A stretch of 64,000 bases of DNA. Origin: Bacillota bacterium. GTDB lineage: Bacteria > Bacillota_I > Bacilli_A > RF39 > UBA660. Positions 18,553-26,499 of the stretch are shown one piece after another. Each line of letters starts with the position of its first letter. Within the stretch, counting starts at the first letter, position 1. The translations under genes and the position numbers were made by a program. A model generated the notes under the pieces. That model saw only the letters and a list, made by a program, of their open reading frames with translations. It searched no databases and was not told the DNA's origin. The stretch is from positions 28,473-92,472 of the forward strand of contig SVAX01000003.1 in NCBI GenBank assembly GCA_015059155.1, written 5' to 3'.

Positions 18553-19101
18553 TTATTGTCTTTTTTCTTCATAAAATTCACTTCTTAAAATATCCATATA
18601 TATTTCATCATATCTTTCATTATTCTTAAAATATGCTTCTCTTCTTCTTCCAATTTCTTTGAAGCCTACTTTTTTATAACAAGCAATTGCGCGTTCATTA
18701 AAAGAATATACTGCAAGCATTATATTATTTAGATTTAAGTGGTTAAATCCATAGCTTAATAGCAATTGTAGTACTTCGCTTCCATATCCTTTACCTCTAT
18801 TTTCATCATCTCCAATAAAAATACCAATAGTTGCAGTTTGATGAATTAAATTTAAATCATGAAAACTACAATTACCTATAAGCTCATCATTTTCTTGTTT
18901 TACGATTGCAAATTGATAATTACTTATCCCACTATTTTTTTCTAACCACTCTCTTTCGTTTTCTACTGTTACTAAATTTTGACTTGCATTAATCTTATCA
19001 GTTACTTGAAAATCATTCATCCATTTAGCAAATTTCTCAGCATCATCTACACACATAGGTGATAGATAAACCTTTTTTCCTTCAATTTTTTTAAAATACA
19101 T
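18553..19101 (-). CDS. GNAT family N-acetyltransferase (RimJ/RimL-like)
   Basis: Acetyl-CoA motif RGKGYGSEVLQLLLSYGF. Start trimmed to MYFKK with AGGAGGTGA SD. Confidence 0.8.
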   Translation of the reverse strand: MYFKKIEGKKVYLSPMCVDDAEKFAKWMNDFQVTDKINASQNLVTVENEREWLEKNSGISNYQFAIVKQENDELIGNCSFHDLNLIHQTATIGIFIGDDENRGKGYGSEVLQLLLSYGFNHLNLNNIMLAVYSFNERAIACYKKVGFKEIGRRREAYFKNNERYDEIYMDILRSEFYEEKRQ

Positions 19102-19235
19102 TATATCACCTCCTATTAAAAAAATTATTAATGGTCTACCAAGATATGAAAAAAACACGTAGTACCACTAAAAGTGACTCCGTGTTTTACGTGTAAGATT
19201 TCTCCCAGGAAAGCTCGTTACCTTATTTCCTCTCA
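19102..19235 (-). promoter_or_regulatory. structured 5' leader with intrinsic terminator (candidate riboswitch/attenuator, class not recognised) upstream of the GNAT gene
   Basis: TTGACA-16 nt-TGtTATAAT promoter at about 19273-19243. The ~130-nt leader has GGAAA...UUUCC and UAAG...CUUA helices, then a long hairpin (ACACGUA/AAAACACG alternatives pairing with (UA)CGUGU) followed by U7. Confidence 0.5.
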
Positions 19236-19280
19236 CTTAACTAACATTATAACAAGTTTTTTTGTTTTGTCAACACTAAA

Positions 19281-19694
19281 TTAAATATTTTTATCTTTTA
19301 TATAATTATAGGCATTTAGAAAAACTTCTTTTATATTATCATATTCTAATTTTTCCAATACTTCTTGATAACTACACCACTCACATTCATTAATCTCACC
19401 TTCTTGTGATTTTAAATCAAAAGTAATTGGAGTAGCAACAAAATATACTGCATCCTTCATTACATTTTTAGATTCTAGTAAATATGTAATTTGATATCTA
19501 AAATTTATATCTATTTCAACATCAAGATTTGTTTCTTCCTTTATCTCTCTCAAAGCTGTTTCTATTTCTGTTTCATTTCCTTCTACATGTCCTTTTGGAA
19601 AACTATAATGTTGATTATTTTGATAAACCAATAAAAATTCAAGTTTATCTTTTTCCTTTTTATAAACTACTGCCCCACAAGATTTTTCTTTCAT
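19281..19694 (-). CDS. NUDIX hydrolase
   Basis: Nudix box GHVEGNETEIETALREIKEETN. Start trimmed to MKEKSCGAVV (AGGTGA SD). Confidence 0.85.
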   Translation of the reverse strand: MKEKSCGAVVYKKEKDKLEFLLVYQNNQHYSFPKGHVEGNETEIETALREIKEETNLDVEIDINFRYQITYLLESKNVMKDAVYFVATPITFDLKSQEGEINECEWCSYQEVLEKLEYDNIKEVFLNAYNYIKDKNI

Positions 19695-19710
19695 AACATC
19701 ACCTATTTTA

Positions 19711-21303
19711 TTATAGCACACTTTTTATATATTCATCATAATTTCCTAAATGCTTAGTTAATTTTTTATTTTTCAATTCTACTATATTAGTAGCTACTTT
19801 ATTAATAAAATATCTATCGTGTGATACAAAAAGTATCGATCCATTAAAATCTATCAAAGCCGTTTCTAATATTTCTCTTGTATCCATATCTATATGATTA
19901 GTTGGTTCATCTAGTATTAAAAAATTATATTTATTTTGAATTAAACAAAATAATTTTAATCTTACTTTTTCGCCACCTGATAGATATTTGATTTTTTTAT
20001 AAATATTTTCACCTACAAATAAGAATTTAAATAGCGCAGAACGAAGGTGTTCTTCATCTCCTATAAAATATTTTCTTGCTTCTTCTAATATACTTAAATT
20101 ATTGTTTTCAAATATTATTTCTTGTGGTATATAACCTAATTTAACGTTACTTCCTAATTTTATACTTTCATTTCCTTTTAATATCTCTTTTATTAAAGTA
20201 GATTTTCCTGTACCGTTTTCTCCTATTAAACAAATTTTTTCTTTATAAAAAAGATTTAAATTACTTTCCTCAAGTAATATTTTTGTACTAAAATTCAAAT
20301 TTAATTTATTTATTTTTAATACTTCTTTACCTGTTCTTGAATCATCGTTAAAATCAATATTAATTTTTTTCTTTGTTTCTGGTTTATCTAATTTTTCCAT
20401 TTTTTCTAATCTTTTCTTTATAGAGGCAGCTCTTCTAAAAAATATTTCTCCGCCACTAGGTGAACATAATTTACCATATTCTTGTAATCTTTTTATAGAT
20501 TTTTTCATAGCCTCTATAATTTTTTGTTGATCTTTATATTTTTTAAATTCTAACATTAGTCTATTTTCATTTTCTTTTATAAAATATGTATAATTACCAA
20601 AGTATATTTCTATTCCTCTTTTTGTAAGTAATACTATTTTATTTACTATTTTATCTAGGAAATATCTATCGTGAGAAACTATAACTATTGTACCTTTATA
20701 ACTCTTTAAATATTTTTCTAACCATTCTATTCTTTTTATATCCAAATGATTAGTTGGTTCATCTAAAAGTAATATATCAGGTTCAATTAATAATAGTTTA
20801 ATTAATGAACAAATAGTTTTTTCTCCGCCACTTAAAGTATTAAAATTTCTTTCTAACATCTCATTTGGTATATCAAAAGCAGCAAGTACTTTACTTATTT
20901 TTGTTTCAAACTCATATCCTCCTAAACTTATAAATTCTTCTTGTAACTTAGAATATTTATTTATAACTTTGATATCACTACTTAATTCATTTTCTAATTT
21001 TTCTAATCTTTCTTTCATTTTTATTAAATCTTTAAAAGTATTATAAATATAATCTTTTACTTTTATATCTATTTCTATTGGAACTTGACTTAAAAATCCT
21101 AAAGTTGCACCTTTTCTTATTGATACTTCACCACTATTTACATTTTCATATCTGCCTACAATCTTTAAAATAGTACTTTTACCACTTCCATTAGGGCCTA
21201 TTAAGGCGACCTTTTCTCCTTTTTGTACTGTTAAATCTATATTATTTAAAATTTTATCAAATCCATAAGATTTACTTACTTTATTTAAATTTATATCTAT
21301 CAT
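19711..21303 (-). CDS. ABC-F family ATPase (two ABC domains, no TM); possible ribosome-protection/ARE type
   Basis: GPNGSGKST and GENGTGKST Walker A motifs, two LSGGEK signatures, inter-domain linker. Confidence 0.88.
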   Translation of the reverse strand: MIDINLNKVSKSYGFDKILNNIDLTVQKGEKVALIGPNGSGKSTILKIVGRYENVNSGEVSIRKGATLGFLSQVPIEIDIKVKDYIYNTFKDLIKMKERLEKLENELSSDIKVINKYSKLQEEFISLGGYEFETKISKVLAAFDIPNEMLERNFNTLSGGEKTICSLIKLLLIEPDILLLDEPTNHLDIKRIEWLEKYLKSYKGTIVIVSHDRYFLDKIVNKIVLLTKRGIEIYFGNYTYFIKENENRLMLEFKKYKDQQKIIEAMKKSIKRLQEYGKLCSPSGGEIFFRRAASIKKRLEKMEKLDKPETKKKINIDFNDDSRTGKEVLKINKLNLNFSTKILLEESNLNLFYKEKICLIGENGTGKSTLIKEILKGNESIKLGSNVKLGYIPQEIIFENNNLSILEEARKYFIGDEEHLRSALFKFLFVGENIYKKIKYLSGGEKVRLKLFCLIQNKYNFLILDEPTNHIDMDTREILETALIDFNGSILFVSHDRYFINKVATNIVELKNKKLTKHLGNYDEYIKSVL

Positions 21304-21322
21304 ATTATCACATCCTTATCAC

Positions 21323-21352
21323 AAAAAAACTATACAGACACCTGTATAGTTT
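21323..21352 (-). terminator. leader terminator (attenuator) immediately upstream of the ABC-F start
   Basis: AAACTATACAG-GTGT-CTGTATAGTTT plus T-run on the minus strand, 20 nt before the SD. Confidence 0.7.
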
Positions 21353-21404
21353 ATATACAGATGTAGGCACGACGAAAACTCACACCTACATCTATTTTTT
21401 TGTT

Positions 21405-21464
21405 TTAAGATGAAGGTGTGACACTATCTGTATACATGATTTTTTTACCAACGTAATTTTGCAT
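21405..21464 (-). CDS. candidate leader peptide MQNYVGKKIMYTDSVTPSS (19 aa)
   Basis: AGGAAGTGA SD 5 nt upstream. The ORF contains TATACAGAT and TCACACC, which are complementary to downstream leader segments. Confidence 0.4.
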   Translation of the reverse strand: MQNYVGKKIMYTDSVTPSS

Positions 21465-21582
21465 AATATCACTTCCTATTGATAATATATTATAATTATT
21501 TCATTTTGTCAACATGTTTGACAAATATAGCAAAGATGTGCTAAAATGTATTTACTGAAAGAAAACTTCATATAATAAAAAA

Positions 21583-21668
21583 GGAACACTTAACATTGCA
21601 GTGTTGAGTGTTGCCGATTTAATTGGTTCCACCTAAATCATTGCTGAGTTAGGTGGATTTCTTTTATA
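21583..21668 (+). ncRNA. candidate antisense RNA of small-ORF module 2
   Basis: TATAAT at 21571-21576. Hairpin AACACTTAAC.../...GTTGAGTGTT, then CCACCTAA(21629-21636)/TTAGGTGG(21649-21656) plus a T-run. Confidence 0.5.
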
Positions 21669-21734
21669 TTAATACTATAAATAGGAAGAATAGTAAAAGG
21701 AAGATAATTATATTAAAAAATCCTTCTTGTTCAT
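21664..21734 (-). pseudogene. frameshifted type I toxin-like small ORF (module 2)
   Basis: GGAGG-7 nt-ATG(21734). MNKKDF, then a T6 run (plus-strand A6 at 21715-21720) and a stop after 8 codons. With T7, as in copy 1, it would read MNKKDFFNIIIFLLLFFLFIVLI. Promoter TTGAAT-18 nt-TGcTATAAT is intact. Confidence 0.5.
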
Positions 21735-21883
21735 CTTATCGCCTCCTACATCAAGAAATTTTGCTCCACCCAACTATTAAATGTTCCTACTATATTATAG
21801 CAAAGCCCTACATCACAATTCAATGTTATTTATTGATTATTTGTATATTTCATAAAACATACACTTTTGTGTATGTTTCTTTT

Positions 21884-23080
21884 TTATTCAACATGTTTTT
21901 CTATTAGCATAGCACTACTTACATCACCTACTACGTTAAGACATGTAGCTGGTGGATCTACTATCCAACCTATTGTAGCTATTATAGGGAATGCTTCAAG
22001 TGGGAATCCATATAAAGATACTATTAACATCTCTCCTATTAATCCACCACCTGGAATACCACTCATAACTACTCCTGATAAAACAGCTATAAGTATTGCG
22101 ATTAAATAAGTATCTATACCTGTAAAACTTTTACCGAATATTCCAAAAAGGAAAGCTATTTTAAGTATTGATGCCATAGCTGAACCTTCCATATGCATAG
22201 TAGCACCTATAGGAAGCGTTGTTTTAGATACATCCTCATCTATATTAAGATTATTTGCAGCTTCCATATTAGATGGAAGACTTGCAAGAGATGAACAAGT
22301 ACCAAGTGAAGTTACTGTTGGAGTAAACACGTGTTTAAAGAAATCCTTAATACCTTTTTTTCCTCTAGCAATATAACTGTAAATTGTATAAAATACTACA
22401 TAATAAACTACTGCCATTATATAGTAAAATATCATACTTCTAGCGTAACTACCTATTATTTCTTTACCATATTCTCCTACTAAAGCAGCAAAGTAAGCAC
22501 ATAAACCTATTGGTGCATAATACATAATTATTTTAATTACATTCATCATTACTTTTGAAATACTATCTAACGCTCTAGAAATTCTTGATGATTCTTCTTT
22601 AGTCATTCCAACAGCAAACCCTACTATTATAGAAAAAATAATTAAAGGTAACATACTATTTTTAGATAATAATTGATAAAAATCTCCAACTGTCAACATC
22701 TCTACAATTTTACTACCTATATCAACACTCTCTTTAGTACCTTCTGTAAGAGCTAAAGCAATTCCTCCAACTGGATCGAATATTTTAACTCCTAGTAACA
22801 TAAATAGTGATGCTACTATGCTAGTGATTATAAATACTATAAACATTACTCTAAATATTTTGCCTAGCTTTCTTAAACTTTTAATACTAGATATACTACT
22901 TGAAATAGTAAAAAATACAAGTGGTACTACTACTACATATAACATATTAACAAATATTGTTCCAAATGGTTTTAAATATAATGCATCTTCTTTTAAAATT
23001 ATCCCTATAATAGATCCTATTATTATAGAAGATAAAAGTATTATTGGAAATTTATAATTTTTCCATATTCTTTTTAACAT
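21884..23080 (-). CDS. dicarboxylate/amino acid:cation symporter (DAACS family)
   Basis: 398 aa polytopic membrane protein with DAACS-like motifs (SSLASLP, MHMEGSA, VGDV). Confidence 0.8.
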   Translation of the reverse strand: MLKRIWKNYKFPIILLSSIIIGSIIGIILKEDALYLKPFGTIFVNMLYVVVVPLVFFTISSSISSIKSLRKLGKIFRVMFIVFIITSIVASLFMLLGVKIFDPVGGIALALTEGTKESVDIGSKIVEMLTVGDFYQLLSKNSMLPLIIFSIIVGFAVGMTKEESSRISRALDSISKVMMNVIKIIMYYAPIGLCAYFAALVGEYGKEIIGSYARSMIFYYIMAVVYYVVFYTIYSYIARGKKGIKDFFKHVFTPTVTSLGTCSSLASLPSNMEAANNLNIDEDVSKTTLPIGATMHMEGSAMASILKIAFLFGIFGKSFTGIDTYLIAILIAVLSGVVMSGIPGGGLIGEMLIVSLYGFPLEAFPIIATIGWIVDPPATCLNVVGDVSSAMLIEKHVE

Positions 23081-23211
23081 TAAAAAACCTCCTAGTTAAA
23101 TATATGTAATTAAAAAAAATGTAGAAAAACTATTTACAACCTTTTTTTATAGAGTTATAATTAAAGAGAGCCTAGAGAGTAAGTTCTCTAGGATTTTTTA
23201 TGGAGGATAAC

Positions 23212-24678
23212 ATGAGGAAGATAGGTTTTGATAACGAATTATATGTTAAATTACAAACAGAAACAATAAAAAAAAGAATTAAAATGTTTAATAATAAGCT
23301 TTATTTAGAATTTGGTGGAAAACTTTTCGATGATTATCATGCAAAAAGAGTTCTGCCTGGATTTAAACTTGATTCTAAAATTAGATTACTTGAAGAATTA
23401 AAAGAACAAAGTGAGATTATTTTTTGTATAAATGCGAAAGATATCGAAAAGAAAATTAGAGCTGATTATGGTATTAGTTATGATATGGAAGTTATAAGAC
23501 TAGTTGAAATATTTAGAAAACTTGGAATATCTGTTAATAGTGTTGTTATAACTTTATATAAAGGTCAAAATACTGCTTTAAGATTTAAAGAAAAATTAGA
23601 AAATATGGGAGTTAAAACTTATATTCATACTCCTACTAAAGGATACCCTACTGATGTAGATGTTATTGTTAGTGAAGAAGGATATGGTGCTAATCCTTAT
23701 ATAGAAACTACTAAACCATTAGTTGTAGTGAATGCTCCAGGTCCTTGTAGTGGTAAACTTGCTACTTGTTTATCTCAGCTATATCATGAACATAAACGTG
23801 GTATTAAAGCAGGATATGCTAAATTCGAAACATTCCCTGTATGGAGTCTACCTTTAAAGCATCCTGTTAATATGGCATATGAAGCAGCTACTGCAGATTT
23901 AAACGACAAAAACATGATAGATTATTTTCATTTAGAAACTTATGGAGTAACCGCTGTTAATTATAACAGAGACTTAGAGGTATTCCCTGTACTTAAAAAT
24001 ATTTTAAATAAAATAACTGGTGAAGATATTTATAAGTCTCCTACTGATATGGGAGTTAATTCTATAGGCAGTTGTATAACTGATGATGAAGTTATACAAA
24101 ATGCTGCTAAAAAAGAAATACTAAGAAGATATTATAAAGCTTTAGTAGATGCTAAAGAAGGAAAATGCGATGAAGAGATTCCAAAAAGAATAAAACTTCT
24201 TATAAATGAATTAAAAATAAAGAAATCTATTTTACCAGTTATAGAAGAAGCTAAAAATAAAGAAAAGAAAAAAAATAAAAGAGCTATGGCTTTGGAGTTA
24301 GAAGATGGAACTATTATAACAGGAAGAGAAACTAAGTTATTAAGTCCTGCAGCCAGTTTAATTTTAAATAGTATTAAACATTTAACTGATATACCAGATG
24401 AAATAGATTTACTATCTCCTAGTGTATTAAAACCTATTTTAAAATTAAAGAAAGAATCTTTAAATAATGGTAAAAATCTAAACTTAAATGATGTATTAAT
24501 AGCTTTAAGCATTTGTTCAGCTACTAACCCTACTGTTGAAAAAGCATTAAAAAATTTAAAGAAACTAAATAATTGTGATTGTCATGCAACTTATATTGTG
24601 GAAAAGAATGATTTAAATGCTTTAAGAAGTTTACTTATTAATTTAACTTGTGAGCCCATATTTTATAATGAGTATTAA
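23212..24678 (+). CDS. DUF1846 (UPF0371) family protein
   Basis: MRKIGFDNELYVKLQ... is the typical family N-terminus. Start trimmed to the ATG 5 nt after GGAGG. Confidence 0.75.
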   Translation: MRKIGFDNELYVKLQTETIKKRIKMFNNKLYLEFGGKLFDDYHAKRVLPGFKLDSKIRLLEELKEQSEIIFCINAKDIEKKIRADYGISYDMEVIRLVEIFRKLGISVNSVVITLYKGQNTALRFKEKLENMGVKTYIHTPTKGYPTDVDVIVSEEGYGANPYIETTKPLVVVNAPGPCSGKLATCLSQLYHEHKRGIKAGYAKFETFPVWSLPLKHPVNMAYEAATADLNDKNMIDYFHLETYGVTAVNYNRDLEVFPVLKNILNKITGEDIYKSPTDMGVNSIGSCITDDEVIQNAAKKEILRRYYKALVDAKEGKCDEEIPKRIKLLINELKIKKSILPVIEEAKNKEKKKNKRAMALELEDGTIITGRETKLLSPAASLILNSIKHLTDIPDEIDLLSPSVLKPILKLKKESLNNGKNLNLNDVLIALSICSATNPTVEKALKNLKKLNNCDCHATYIVEKNDLNALRSLLINLTCEPIFYNEY

Positions 24679-24832
24679 AAAATTGGTAAAATTTAATTGC
24701 CAGTTTTTTATTTCTAATTGCCATCTATTTATGTGTATATCAACAAGAAAATTATAACATTACAAATTATTGATTTTAAATAAAAAGTGTGTTATTATAA
24801 ATATGTCAAGGAAACTTGCATATAATAAAAAA

Positions 24833-24916
24833 GGATACATTTGATTGTGCGAATCAAATGCATTCCCTTATTGGATTGCATCTGAAATCAACGGTTGTTG
24901 AAATCAGATGTTTTTA
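24833..24916 (+). ncRNA. candidate antisense RNA of small-ORF module 3
   Basis: TATAAT at 24821-24826. Hairpin CATTTGATT/AATCAAATG (24838-24860), then an imperfect hairpin at 24879-24910 plus T5. Confidence 0.55.
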
Positions 24917-24994
24917 TTATTTAAATAGTAAGGTGATTACTACAAAAAATAATAGTAGAATTATAATAAATTGAGATAATTCTCTTTTTGTCAT
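24917..24994 (-). CDS. small hydrophobic peptide (type I toxin-like), MTKRELSQFIIILLLFFVVITLLFK
   Basis: TTGATA(25090-25085)-17 nt-TATAAT(25067-25062). The 5' UTR hairpin CCUUUCUU-GAAA-AAGAAAGG covers the start of the SD AAGGUGG. ATG at 24994; the stop abuts the sRNA terminator. Confidence 0.6.
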   Translation of the reverse strand: MTKRELSQFIIILLLFFVVITLLFK

Positions 24995-25118
24995 AATTAA
25001 CCACCACCTTTCTTTTTCAAGAAAGGGAAAGCATCTGATATTTTCAAATGTATCCATTAGTATTATATCAAACATATATTCTTATATCAATAGTATATGT
25101 TTGATTTTTTTATATTTT

Positions 25119-26495
25119 TTAATATTCACAATTTCCTGGAGTTCTTGGGAATGGTATAACATCTCTGATATTTTCAACTCCTGTTAAATATATAAGTAAT
25201 CTTTCAAATCCCATACCAAATCCTGAATGTGTACATCCACCGTATTTTCTTAAATTTAGATACCAATCTAAACCTTCAGTTTCCATACCTATTTCTTTCA
25301 TGCGAGTAATTAATTTATTATAGTCTTCTTCTCTTTGAGAACCACCAATAAGTTCTCCTGCACCAGGTACTTCAAGGTCTACTGCAGCAACAGTTTCTCC
25401 ATCAGCATTTTGCTTCATATAGAATGCTTTAATGTCTTTTGGCCAGTTTTTAATAAATACAGGTCCATTGAAGTATTCTGTTATATATTTTTCATGTTCT
25501 TTAGCTATATCTTCACCATATTCAGGTTTAAATTCCCAGTCTACTTTAGCTTCTTTTAAGATAGTTATTACATCTTTATGATCGATACGAGTAAATTCAC
25601 TATTAACTAATTTAGTTAATTTTTCTATTAAGCCTTTTTCAACGAAACTATCAAAGAATTTCATTTCTTCAGGACAGTTTTCTAAAACATAACCTACCAC
25701 ATATTTAAGCATACTTTCTATTATATCCATATCTTGTTCTAAATCACAAAAAGCAATTTCAGGTTCAATCATCCAAAATTCAGATGCATGTGTCTTTGTG
25801 TTTGAATTTTCTGCTCTAAATGTAGGCCCAAATGTATAAGTTTTTTTGTATGCCATAGCAAATGTTTCCGCTTGAAGTTGTCCACTTACAGTAAGTGAAG
25901 ATTGTTTACCAAAGAAATCTTTAGAATAATCAACCTTACCTGAACTTGCTATTTTATTTAAATCAAGAGTTGTTACTTGGAACATTTCCCCTGCTCCTTC
26001 ACAGTCACTAGCTGTAATAAGTGGCGCATGGAAATATACATATCCATTATCTTGGAAATATTTATGAATTGCATAAGCAGCTATACTTCTTACTCTAAAT
26101 ACTGCACTAAATAAATTAGTTCTAGGACGAAGATATGCTATTTCTCTTAAAAATTCACGTGTTGGTCTACCCTTAGCTTGAAGTGGATAATCATCTGGAC
26201 ACTCTCCTTCTAAAACTACATCTATAGCTTTTAATTCAAAATCTTGTTTGCCTTGAGATTCTATTAAAGTTCCTTTTACAGTAACTGCTGAACCTATATG
26301 TAATTTAGAAATTTCTTCAAAATTAGATAATGTATTATCATAAACAACTTGTAAATTTTTAAAATATGTTCCATCATTAAAATCTATAAATCCAAATTCT
26401 TTTTGCTTTCTATGATTTTTTATCCATCCTTGTATTTCAATATCTTTATTTAAATAACTTTTATAATCTCTATATAAATCTTTTAAATCTAACAT
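25119..26495 (-). CDS. asnS: asparagine--tRNA ligase
   Basis: Class IIb aaRS with FRAENSNTKTHASEFWMIEPE motif 2 region. Confidence 0.92.
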   Translation of the reverse strand: MLDLKDLYRDYKSYLNKDIEIQGWIKNHRKQKEFGFIDFNDGTYFKNLQVVYDNTLSNFEEISKLHIGSAVTVKGTLIESQGKQDFELKAIDVVLEGECPDDYPLQAKGRPTREFLREIAYLRPRTNLFSAVFRVRSIAAYAIHKYFQDNGYVYFHAPLITASDCEGAGEMFQVTTLDLNKIASSGKVDYSKDFFGKQSSLTVSGQLQAETFAMAYKKTYTFGPTFRAENSNTKTHASEFWMIEPEIAFCDLEQDMDIIESMLKYVVGYVLENCPEEMKFFDSFVEKGLIEKLTKLVNSEFTRIDHKDVITILKEAKVDWEFKPEYGEDIAKEHEKYITEYFNGPVFIKNWPKDIKAFYMKQNADGETVAAVDLEVPGAGELIGGSQREEDYNKLITRMKEIGMETEGLDWYLNLRKYGGCTHSGFGMGFERLLIYLTGVENIRDVIPFPRTPGNCEY

Positions 26496-26499
26496 ATAA

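Noticed and set aside
23162-23199. Hairpin CCTAGAGA-GTAAG-TCTCTAGG plus T-run between the promoter and SD of the DUF1846 gene, considered as a possible attenuator.
   Set aside because: There is only about 8 nt between the predicted start and the hairpin. That leaves no room for an aptamer or a leader ORF, so it may simply be a 5' stabilising stem-loop.
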